A DNA stretch of 64,000 nucleotides from an uncultured virus (IMG/VR IMGVR_UViG_3300037961_002446) (IMGVR_UViG_3300037961_002446:1-64000); one strand, 5' to 3'; counted from the first letter of the stretch, positions 1-8,142 are shown. Notes: a model not told the origin generated them from the letters alone. Numbers and translations are program-made.

Positions 1-2
1 AT

Positions 3-986
3 GGATTCCTTTTTGTTTCCATCACCGTCTAAATCTATGTAGTCGGGTTTAGCCCCTTCTGTTTTTTCAAATTGTTCTTTTTGACAAGAAGGACAATCAG
101 TGCAACCGCCTTTTTCTGTTGAGCCACAATGGGCTTTCAATACCTCTTTCCAATTTACTCCAATATCTCTTTTAGTCAAATCTGTTGGTAAATCATCTTT
201 CAAGTATTTCTCAGCAAACCTCTTAATGGCTTGACTTACCTTTCCTTTCTTTATTGAATCTCTCCAAGAAGCATTCTTACTATCATCAAACTTGTATTTA
301 CTTCTCATCATTTCAGCAATATCTCTTAGTTGTGCTTCATGGATTTGTGAAAAGAATGGCTTTCCTTTTAGTTTAGCCATAAGTTGTCCGAATGCAGTAA
401 TATCATCTTGTGTATATGACTCATCAGTTTCAATTACTTCCTTAAGTTCTTGAATGTCTTTATCCAAAATTAGTCTTCTTTCAGAATATCTTTTATCATC
501 GGAAAGTCTTTCACTAAAGGTAAGAACCATTCTATCCAATACTTGTTTCAAATTACTGTCTTTAGTTGTGGCGGCTACTTCTTCCGCTATCTCTTCTGCA
601 AAATTTTCATCAATATCAGAAAGATTTTCTTTAACTGTTTTTCTTTTCAAAGCCTTAGCCCTTGAAATTTCTCCCGCCTTATTTGCTTCAGCAACTCTTT
701 TTTCCGCTTCCGCTTCTGTAAGATAGCCTAGTTTAGGAGAAGGGTGAATCAAAGAATATTCTTTTCCTGTCTTTGGGCTGATTTCTCCTTTTATTCTAGT
801 ATTCCTAGCAATCCACCTTCTATCAATATGTTCTTCCAAAGCCATCTTTGTCATGTTTTTATATTTAGCAGGAACTTTCTGCAATATAATTCCAATCGTT
901 TTATCTCTATACAGATACACTTCATCTCTTGCGTCTTCGTCTAAATCAGCAACCGTTGATTTAACTGCCATTTTTGCTATATTCAT
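3..986 (-). CDS. Charged protein, truncated at the window edge; possible virion internal/head-associated protein
   Basis: Manual translation from ATG 986 (ATGA overlap with the upstream ORF) is open to the window end (>328 aa). Contains WRDSIKK, WKEVLKA, a Cys cluster (HC..GGCTDCPSC) and KPDYIDLDGDGNKKES (DxDxDG loop). Missing from the ORF track because it has no stop. Confidence 0.8.
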   Translation of the reverse strand, partial: MNIAKMAVKSTVADLDEDARDEVYLYRDKTIGIILQKVPAKYKNMTKMALEEHIDRRWIARNTRIKGEISPKTGKEYSLIHPSPKLGYLTEAEAEKRVAEANKAGEISRAKALKRKTVKENLSDIDENFAEEIAEEVAATTKDSNLKQVLDRMVLTFSERLSDDKRYSERRLILDKDIQELKEVIETDESYTQDDITAFGQLMAKLKGKPFFSQIHEAQLRDIAEMMRSKYKFDDSKNASWRDSIKKGKVSQAIKRFAEKYLKDDLPTDLTKRDIGVNWKEVLKAHCGSTEKGGCTDCPSCQKEQFEKTEGAKPDYIDLDGDGNKKES

Positions 987-1390
987 TTTCTTCCACTCCC
1001 CATTCTTGGGTGTTTTCTGTTCATTTCTTTTGCCCTATCAATAAGGCTAGTAGTTTTTCTAGGAGAATCTCCATACATTTTTTCTAAATCCATTAGGTAT
1101 TTTTCAACCATTTCTTTGTTTGACTTTATTGCTTCAGGAGTAGTGCTTCTAATTAAACGAGGAGGATTAGGGAAATCTCTTATCAAAGAAACAATAGCAT
1201 CTCTAAATTTACTAGCATCATCTCCTTGTGTCATTTCATACATCTCTAGAGTCTTTTCAATAGCGGGTTTTATCTTAGTAAAAAACGCCTTTAGTTTATC
1301 ACTTCTAGCCTGTTCCATATCTTCGGGAGCATATCTTTCTCCCAATCTACGGGCTTCTTCCATGTCTATCTTGAGTATATCTTTCCACAT
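983..1390 (-). CDS. Hypothetical protein with N-terminal MWKDILK motif
   Basis: 135 aa ORF, coupled to its neighbours; shares its N-terminal motif with adjacent genes. Confidence 0.8.
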   Translation of the reverse strand: MWKDILKIDMEEARRLGERYAPEDMEQARSDKLKAFFTKIKPAIEKTLEMYEMTQGDDASKFRDAIVSLIRDFPNPPRLIRSTTPEAIKSNKEMVEKYLMDLEKMYGDSPRKTTSLIDRAKEMNRKHPRMGSGRK

Positions 1391-1394
1391 AATA

Positions 1395-1556
1395 TCACAT
1401 ACTATCTAGTAAATCTTGAACTAAATCTTCAAACTTATTTGGGCCATTTGGCCAACCTAGTTGTCTTTCAAGAACAGAATATGCTCTAACAATTAATTTT
1501 CTTGCTTCTTTAATTGCAGCATCATCATCGTTTTTGACTATCTTTTCCCATGTCAT
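1395..1556 (-). CDS. Small hypothetical protein (53 aa, MTWEKIVK...)
   Basis: Manual translation; SD-like AGGTGA upstream; shared N-terminal motif. Confidence 0.75.
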   Translation of the reverse strand: MTWEKIVKNDDDAAIKEARKLIVRAYSVLERQLGWPNGPNKFEDLVQDLLDSM

Positions 1557-1600
1557 CTTATCACCTAAAATTTCTCAAAAAATTTTGTGGCGAATTTTTT

Positions 1601-1864
1601 TCAAGCATTTGTTCTAGCCCATCGGGTAAAATCATCAGAAGGCCCTGAAGACATTGTTATCTGAGTAAGGCGGTCAATTTTATTTCCCGTTGCTTGCTCA
1701 TATCTATCCAATACTTCTCCAAGTTGGCTTTTAGGAATAGTGACATTTTTGGACTTATCCATAAATCCTCCAAATTCAACACTATCTCCTAAATCCTTAG
1801 CATAATTAGTGCTTCCTACTTCCATATTCCTTTCTTGCTTTCTTACTATGTTCTTCCATGTCAT
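1601..1864 (-). CDS. Hypothetical protein (MTWKNIVRK...)
   Basis: 87 aa ORF, AGGAG upstream, shared N-terminal motif. Confidence 0.8.
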   Translation of the reverse strand: MTWKNIVRKQERNMEVGSTNYAKDLGDSVEFGGFMDKSKNVTIPKSQLGEVLDRYEQATGNKIDRLTQITMSSGPSDDFTRWARTNA

Positions 1865-2372
1865 CGTATCATCTCCTTTTTTCTCAAAAAATGTGGCGGA
1901 ATTTATTTGGGACTTGCGTTTTTATTTAGGTTATATGGTTTATATAAACAGAATAAAAAGTTGTTCCTTTAAATCTCCTCCTTTAAATGTTATAAGTTGC
2001 GCCCGTTTTAATTCCTGTTTGTTTAATATGCAAAGTAGTATATCTTTTAACGGTAGTATATTCTCTTTTATCCTTACTGTTGTGTAATAAGGCAAACTAG
2101 AATAAGTCTGCTGTTATCGTTTAAAGAGGCAAATTCAGAACGCATCAATACAACCTAGTTAATGCGATAATGGTCAAGGATATAATGGTATGGGCTTTGA
2201 AGGTTAAAATATTAATCAAAAAGCGCAAACTAAGAGATTTAAAGCCACTCATTTAAACGAATAGAAAAATAAAATTTTTGAAACAAAGCCATATGGTTGG
2301 GTAAAAAATTATACAAGCATATGGTATCGCTTTGCACTACCCTGCCTTTAATAGGACTTACGGGTTGTTCGG

Positions 2373-2522
2373 TTAAAAACCACAAGCCTCATTGAGCAAA
2401 CGCCAATATTCCTCCTGTTCATCATCTGTGAGCATTTCAATGATAGCCGTCCAATCTACGACCTTTAAGTATTCTTCAATTGCTGTATCTTCTAATTCTC
2501 TTATTCTCTTGTGGTTATTCAT
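2373..2522 (-). CDS. Small acidic hypothetical protein (49 aa)
   Basis: Manual translation MNNHKRIRELED...; AGGAGG SD upstream. Confidence 0.65.
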   Translation of the reverse strand: MNNHKRIRELEDTAIEEYLKVVDWTAIIEMLTDDEQEEYWRLLNEACGF

Positions 2523-2536
2523 GTTTATTCCTCCTT

Positions 2537-3247
2537 TCATGAGTGTGCTTTCTTAGCCTCTTTGACACGGTTAATAATGTCGGGAGCGCATTCGCTACGG
2601 CTTTCAGTCTTAGCATCAAAATGGCAATCAATAGATGCATTTTCAACATCATAGCCATACTTCTTAAGTTTCAAACGGCTCTCAACAGTGCCTTGAATCT
2701 TAGCCATGTCGTTCAATACTTGATTGACCATAACTTCCTCAATAGTATCTTTACGCTGAATACCGTTAGGCCTCCATGTAGTTGTGAATTTAAGAATAAC
2801 CCCACTGCTTGAATTACTTAGCCTAACAGTCATCTCCTGTTCGTTATCATAATTGATTTCATAGTCATACCATTTGTATTGCTTTCCTTCAATGTCAAAA
2901 TCAATTTCAACTACGCTACCTTCTACTTCAGTCCACTCTTTAGAGGTTTTTTCTACTTCAGCATCAACAGATTCTAGAGTCAAAAATGGGCTAAACGCAT
3001 CAAAGGCCTCATTTCTATCACTAACATATTTGGTTTCAAATACAACCTTACCGTCCATAACGATTTGATAGGTCTTCTTAGTTTCAGTTTTCTCATTGAA
3101 TCCATATGTAGGTTTGCTACCAAAATGGGTGCGTATGGTGATACCTTTCTTTTGTAGGTCATTGGCAAATTTAGCAAATTGCAGGTCGCCCATCTTCTTA
3201 CCGTAGTTAATCTTCATTGTTCTTACATAGGTTATATCGCTTGACAT
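2537..3247 (-). CDS. Hypothetical protein, cassette 1
   Basis: 236 aa ORF; TATA-like ACCCTATAG about 21-25 nt upstream of the ATG (leaderless arrangement). Confidence 0.8.
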   Translation of the reverse strand: MSSDITYVRTMKINYGKKMGDLQFAKFANDLQKKGITIRTHFGSKPTYGFNEKTETKKTYQIVMDGKVVFETKYVSDRNEAFDAFSPFLTLESVDAEVEKTSKEWTEVEGSVVEIDFDIEGKQYKWYDYEINYDNEQEMTVRLSNSSSGVILKFTTTWRPNGIQRKDTIEEVMVNQVLNDMAKIQGTVESRLKLKKYGYDVENASIDCHFDAKTESRSECAPDIINRVKEAKKAHS

Positions 3248-3364
3248 GGAAGGCTATTCAATTGACACTATAGGGTTGTAATATACAAAGTAATTACAAC
3301 CATATGGTATCGCTTTGTTAAACCCCACTAAGGGGCTACGGTAGGCATTCCGCAGTCTTTAGAT

Positions 3365-3892
3365 TCAAACTTCTTCAGATTCCTCCTCGTTTGCATCTCT
3401 CTCGGCCTTAGTAGGTCGAGGGGTGATTTGAGGCACACCAGCCTTATTCAGTTTACCGTCAAACCTACCGTCTTTGATAGATTGAACCATATATCCATGA
3501 GCCGCACTAACAAAGTGTGCAGTCATTTCTTCCATTGAATCGTAGACTCCGCCTGTGCGCCCGTGTGGAACAATAACGGCTAATAGAGTGTCATGGTATT
3601 CAGTAGGGATTGAAGCAAAAGCAGTTGCTACGGTTTCCTCCACAGTCGCCAATGCAATCTGTTGTTCCTCGTTTAGAGTTGATTCTCGGCCTTTGCGGGC
3701 TGATGGAAAACCTTCCATTGTAGAACCAATTGAACGAATTGCAGTCCAATATGTGCTTCTTAGTTCATCGCTAGCAGCGTTATCTCCCAATGTTAGGGAT
3801 AGCATAACTGCTTGCAGGTTATCGCTTGGGTCTTGCTTTTCAGCCCATGCTCTTACTTTTGCTGTATTTACATTCCAATTTGCTTGTTTCAT
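3365..3892 (-). CDS. Hypothetical early protein, paralog family A copy 1
   Basis: 175 aa; shares LRSTYWTAIRSIGST, ARKGRES and PHGRTGG with 4872-5369. Confidence 0.9.
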   Translation of the reverse strand: MKQANWNVNTAKVRAWAEKQDPSDNLQAVMLSLTLGDNAASDELRSTYWTAIRSIGSTMEGFPSARKGRESTLNEEQQIALATVEETVATAFASIPTEYHDTLLAVIVPHGRTGGVYDSMEEMTAHFVSAAHGYMVQSIKDGRFDGKLNKAGVPQITPRPTKAERDANEEESEEV

Positions 3893-4112
3893 ATTTAATT
3901 CCTCCTTATTTCTAAGATTGCTTCATGCCTACCGAAGCAATAAGGATATTATGAGGAGGTATTTGTAGGGTTGAAAACAAAGCCCAACCATATGGTATTA
4001 CTTTGGTCTAAACCCAATGCGGGGATTGTTTTTTATTTCGGCTATTTGCACATTTACCCTATGCGTGGCTCTCTTACCTGAGCGAAAACAATCAAAAACG
4101 CTCTCCACAGTA

Positions 4113-4412
4113 TCAATGAACTCGTATGAAGCCCCCGTTCCAAGCCTCACCGTTCAAATACCATTGGAAATTTCTTTGGACGATATTAACCCCACTCAAA
4201 CCGTTTAAGCGTTCTTTTGTGGTGTTAGATTGCCACCCGCCATCTTGAATGAATACACCGTTTGAAGTTCTTTCAGCGATTAAGTTCCCATGTAGTAAAA
4301 GACGAACTGAATACTCCTCACCGTCATGACCAACGATTACACGGGTATTACCTCGCTTGAAATTATATCCATTTTCAAAGGCTCTTATTGCATCATATGT
4401 TATTTGTCGCAT
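4113..4412 (-). CDS. Conserved phage-type hypothetical protein (LHGNLIA...GGWQSNTTKERLN)
   Basis: Start reassigned to ATG 4412, about 22 nt after CCCTATATA; motif familiar from early genes of aquatic phages. Confidence 0.8.
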   Translation of the reverse strand: MRQITYDAIRAFENGYNFKRGNTRVIVGHDGEEYSVRLLLHGNLIAERTSNGVFIQDGGWQSNTTKERLNGLSGVNIVQRNFQWYLNGEAWNGGFIRVH

Positions 4413-4502
4413 GGTAAGAGGTTTTTGAGTCAATATATAGGGTTGTAGCAACAAAGCCCTTACAACCATATGGTCATAACTTTGTGAAAGTGGCCATACG
4501 GC

Positions 4503-4760
4503 CTATTCTTCTCCCTCCTCATCTTTCTTATATTCTTCTTCGCAAGTGCATCTATAGCCTTCCCAATGAACCACATTTTCCATGACATAAATATCATATT
4601 CAGCAATATAGACTTCATCTTCAAACTCAATTTTATCCTTAACTTTTTCAGTTATATGATTACATCTAGGGTGGTGGTCTAGTCCATGTTCATCGGTATA
4701 TGCTTCTGCTCCTTCTGCGTAAAACGCATTAAGACAATCTTGACAACTACAAAACGCCAT
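4503..4760 (-). CDS. Acidic Cys/His-rich hypothetical protein
   Basis: 85 aa with CxCxxC, HPRC and CxC motifs; fills cassette 4. Confidence 0.75.
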   Translation of the reverse strand: MAFCSCQDCLNAFYAEGAEAYTDEHGLDHHPRCNHITEKVKDKIEFEDEVYIAEYDIYVMENVVHWEGYRCTCEEEYKKDEEGEE

Positions 4761-4871
4761 ATTAGTCCTTTTTGCTTAGGTTAGATATGGCCGCTAACCA
4801 AAGTATGCAACCATATGGTCATGCTTTGCACTGACCCCAAAAGGGGCTACGGGGGATTATCCGCATTAGAC

Positions 4872-5369
4872 TTACTTAGTAGCCTCCTTTTCTTTTACAG
4901 GCGGTGGAGTCATTTGAGGGATATTACCCTCCATGCTACCGTCCCAACGGTTTTCCTTGTAGCCCTGTGTTAGAGCGTTAAAGGCCTTTTGACCGAATGC
5001 TTCCGCCAAATCTTCAATAGATTCGTATGCGCCACCTGTGCGACCATGCGGAAGAATTACCTTAAGCATAATATCTGCATCAGTAATACCCACAAAGGCA
5101 TCGTAGACCGCATTCCTTACAGAAGTCGCAGACAGCAACACTTCTTCCGGTAATGCTGATTCTCTTCCTTTGCGAGCCATTGGGAAATCTTCAAATGTAG
5201 ACCCAATGCTTCGGATTGCAGTCCAATAAGTAGACCGCAAATCATCGTTATCACAATTGTTTCCTAGAGTAATAGACAATGTAATTGCTTGACCATTATC
5301 GCCTCTATCTTCTTTATCCAACCAAGTTTGGACTTTTGCTATGTTTATATTCCAATTTTCTGCTTTCAT
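4872..5369 (-). CDS. Hypothetical early protein, paralog family A copy 2
   Basis: 165 aa; clear paralog of 3365-3892; AGGAGG SD. Confidence 0.9.
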   Translation of the reverse strand: MKAENWNINIAKVQTWLDKEDRGDNGQAITLSITLGNNCDNDDLRSTYWTAIRSIGSTFEDFPMARKGRESALPEEVLLSATSVRNAVYDAFVGITDADIMLKVILPHGRTGGAYESIEDLAEAFGQKAFNALTQGYKENRWDGSMEGNIPQMTPPPVKEKEATK

Positions 5370-5494
5370 GTTTTTTACCTCCTAAACTATTTCAGTCAGT
5401 ATGCTTCAATCCCCCGAAGCAATAAGTCAAGTCTGAAATCGTATATGGTCGTTGTATGCAAAGCAACCCCAACCATATGGTTGTCCTTTGGCAT

Positions 5495-6066
5495 AACCCC
5501 AAATGGGGGCTACTTGGCAGGGAAAAATCTGCATTGTAATTACTATTGTTATTAATATACCAAGTGCCTTATTTGCTATGCCTCTATCATCGCTTTCTCT
5601 TCGCTTAAGGGCATGAGAATGTAAAAGAAACTCGGCCTACTCCATTCATCTCCGTCTAACTGCTATTTCTTGTTTCCCTGCAATTCGGTATACCTCCTTG
5701 CATTGTTTCCCCATTCCCGTCTTACTGCGTGGTGTTTCGGCTTTGTTTCTCTATGGTTTTATGGCCACTAATAGCCATAGGAATTTGAAAAGGTGGGATA
5801 GTGAATTGGGTATCACTAATGATGATGCGGATTCCGCCCGCATTCGGTTAGGTCGCTCCTTTTATCTAGAAGCCATCACGCCAAGTATATCCAAGTTGAT
5901 AGTTAGACAACTCCCCTTTTGAGGTTCAAGGACTTTCATAGAGCCAATTACCTCACGCTTTTACGCACTAGTAATTGGATATGTCGCACTACACGAATAC
6001 CTGCACATTACCCCCGACCAAGAGGGTATTCTGTCAATCCCTGTCGGCTCATGACTTCCGACATAT
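5495..6066 (-). ncRNA. Putative large structured non-coding RNA (about 570 nt) filling cassette 6
   Basis: No credible ORF. Promoter-like ACCATATACTG (minus strand, about 6081-6091) lies in the same position as in the coding cassettes. Several stems: 5979-5986/6059-6066, 5944-5951/5971-5978, 5825-5830/5838-5843, 5517-5525/5673-5681. Confidence 0.6.
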
Positions 6067-6171
6067 AGGAAGGTGAAAATCAGTATATGGTTCTCTCCTC
6101 CAAAGTTATTCCAACCATATGGTGTTGCTTTGTTTTACACCCTAATAATATATTCTCATTTACCGTTTACC

Positions 6172-6405
6172 ATGTCAAAGAATGCAGTAAGAAGAGTATC
6201 AAGTATTAGCCCATCAATGAAGAAAGAGGTTGAAGAAACCGTTGCTAGTGCAATTTTCACAGATTTGCACATTATGAAAGATGAACCTGATGCTATGATT
6301 GCCCTTATTACTATGGAAGCCATTTATGGTGGCGTTGATGCTGCTATCAAAGAGATTCTTATTGACCGAATGGTTGAAGATATGATGGAGGTCTTATTTA
6401 GTTAA
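6172..6405 (+). CDS. Hypothetical protein (77 aa) in the inverted cassette 7
   Basis: ATG 6172 follows ACCCTAATAATATA (6139-6152), a leaderless arrangement. Confidence 0.7.
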   Translation: MSKNAVRRVSSISPSMKKEVEETVASAIFTDLHIMKDEPDAMIALITMEAIYGGVDAAIKEILIDRMVEDMMEVLFS

Positions 6406-6407
6406 AT

Positions 6408-6590
6408 CACCTCGTCGGGTCTTATGGCCTCAATAACTGAAAGTTGTGAATGCATTAAACAATCTCAATGCCACAGTGCCGAGATGCGGTTGAGATACCG
6501 TATTTTCTATTATTGAAGTCATATATGTTTGAGGTGGGAGGACGCTCCCTTTACAAGGCAGAAAACCTTGACTACCGACACGGGGTTTTA
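6408..6590 (+). ncRNA. Putative structured RNA / 3' element (about 180 nt)
   Basis: Closing pairing CCTCGTCGG...CCGACACGGGG; internal stems CCTCAA/TTGAGG, ATCTCAA/TTGAGAT, GGGAG/CTCCC, CAAGG/CCTTG. Confidence 0.45.
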
Positions 6591-6637
6591 AACAAAGACG
6601 CAACCATATGGTATTGCTTTGTATTTACCACATAGGC

Positions 6638-6928
6638 TTAGGGGCTAAAGCCCTGAGAGATAACCAACAACTGCTCAAGTTTGTGATTTTCAAGTAATAT
6701 CTCTTTGATATATTCCTCTATTTCCTCCCATCTCCAAACTTGCATCTCATAGCCGTTTTGAGTTTGACAACACCATTCAATATAATTGAATATATTATCA
6801 AAGTCATTAATGTCTTTTGGGACGAATTGTTCGCCCTTTTCGTCCCAATAGTCAGGGTTATCACCACAATAACAGTTGAGAGTATTGCACTTAGGGCAAT
6901 CCGTCTTAATTCCAAAGTTGATACTCAT
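6638..6928 (-). CDS. Hypothetical Zn-binding protein (CPKC..CYC)
   Basis: 96 aa; ATGA-coupled to the upstream ORF. Confidence 0.7.
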   Translation of the reverse strand: MSINFGIKTDCPKCNTLNCYCGDNPDYWDEKGEQFVPKDINDFDNIFNYIEWCCQTQNGYEMQVWRWEEIEEYIKEILLENHKLEQLLVISQGFSP

Positions 6929-7110
6929 TCTTCATCTCCTCCAAATATAGCGGGCTTAACATCTGAAACAGGGTGAGCCTTTACCTTGAAACCACCCAAC
7001 GCTAAACTAACCAACTGCATATTGAGCATGGTCTTCATGTCTTCTTTATTGTCAGCCCAAAAATGAGCAACATTGTCCTTAATCATAAAATCAGTTCTTC
7101 CTTTCGGCAT
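6925..7110 (-). CDS. Small hypothetical protein
   Basis: Likely start ATG 7110 (MPKGRTDF) after AGGAGG. Confidence 0.65.
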   Translation of the reverse strand: MPKGRTDFMIKDNVAHFWADNKEDMKTMLNMQLVSLALGGFKVKAHPVSDVKPAIFGGDEE

Positions 7111-7260
7111 ATTTTTTCCTCCTTTTTTCCTTAATACTGCATCTTTCACCAAATTCGGATATTTTTCTCGCAATTACTGATTATTTTCAGAATGGGTCTA
7201 GTAAGGTCAAGACAAAGCACGACCATATGGTAGGATAGGTCAAAAGAAAGCGAGCATTCG

Positions 7261-7750
7261 TTAGACCATATATAAAACGGTGACAACTTTTAGTCTAAGA
7301 TATTACACCCCGTTTCTCATACTTCTCATTTGGGTATCATTCAATTGGGCTTATATGAATAAATATACCATGTTATATCTTATATTATTATATTAATATA
7401 TTATAATGTCCGATGTTTCTCATCAAAAATTCCAAGTGAGAAGAGAATAATCTCCCAAAAAATGACCTAGTTATAGGAATAAGTAATACATTTTTACTAT
7501 TATTCTCATATTTCTCATTTCTCTTCTTCTTCTTCTTCTTTTTACTCTCTCTCCCTATGCCTTAATTATAACTAGGTCAATTTTACCCTACTTATATGGG
7601 AGAGAGGATAATATATATTGATAAGAGTCATGAGAAATGAGAATAATGAGAAAGGTTTGGCTAACTAGGGCAAAATCGTATGAGTTGTCGGGATAACTAG
7701 GTCAAAATTACTTCTCATGCAAAAACGAGAACTATTATGAGAACTATTAG
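7261..7750. other. Putative replication origin (iterons plus AT-rich tract) at the divergent strand switch
   Basis: About 10 TTCTCAT/ATGAGAA copies in both orientations; 4 copies of TAACTAGG[TG]CA (7463 rc, 7569, 7662, 7694); near-pure AT tract 7373-7407; no ORF. Confidence 0.6.
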
Positions 7751-7844
7751 ACAACATTTTCATCACCAAACCCCATTAATTGCTAATAACTAAGGGTAGG
7801 CTTATTAATTCTTTGAGTGAAAATACGGCTTAGTGCCTCTTTTC

Positions 7845-7860
7845 TGAACCCATTTATATA
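7845..7860 (+). promoter_or_regulatory. Archaeal-type promoter TGAACCCATTTATATA
   Basis: TATA box heading the plus-strand arm; the same motif recurs at 15441 and 32386. Confidence 0.7.
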
Positions 7861-7892
7861 GTGTTAAAGATTGTCAAAGATGGTGGAAACAC

Positions 7893-8138
7893 ATGGATAA
7901 CGATGACCCTACAATTAAGGCACTCCAAGAAGGAGCATATTTGTTGTTTGATAAGGAACAGGAATGGTTCACTCATCATTACAATATGGTCGCATTGGCG
8001 AGAGCATTAGTTAATTCAGGACACCTACCCGATATGGACGCACTTCTATATTACATAGAAAAACCATACAAGTGGACTGCTGAATGGGAACATTATGCTG
8101 AATATGGTTACACCCACAACTATGATGAAGGAGAATGA
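7893..8138 (+). CDS. Hypothetical protein
   Basis: 81 aa ORF downstream of the promoter. Confidence 0.7.
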   Translation: MDNDDPTIKALQEGAYLLFDKEQEWFTHHYNMVALARALVNSGHLPDMDALLYYIEKPYKWTAEWEHYAEYGYTHNYDEGE

Positions 8139-8142
8139 TAAA

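Larger units (their letters stand above)
2284..7231. repeat. Dispersed palindromic junction repeat (CAAAG-N2-6-[CA]ACCATATGGT-N4-5-CTTTG) delimiting 8 cassettes
   Basis: Full copies at 3286-3317, 3978-4005, 4452-4484, 4799-4828, 5459-5490, 6101-6132 and 6593-6621. Degenerate/half copies at 2314-2334 (left end) and 7213-7231 (right end). Inverted short copy at 2284-2299. All lie between the likely genes. Confidence 0.95.

Noticed and set aside
5698..5922. 74-aa plus-strand ORF in cassette 6
   Set aside because: TTG start, no SD, atypical composition, and opposite to the cassette promoter; the RNA interpretation fits better.
2284..7231. CRISPR array interpretation of the ~30-bp palindromic repeats
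   Set aside because: Spacing is 345-985 bp with whole genes in between, the repeats vary in length, and there is no cas operon.
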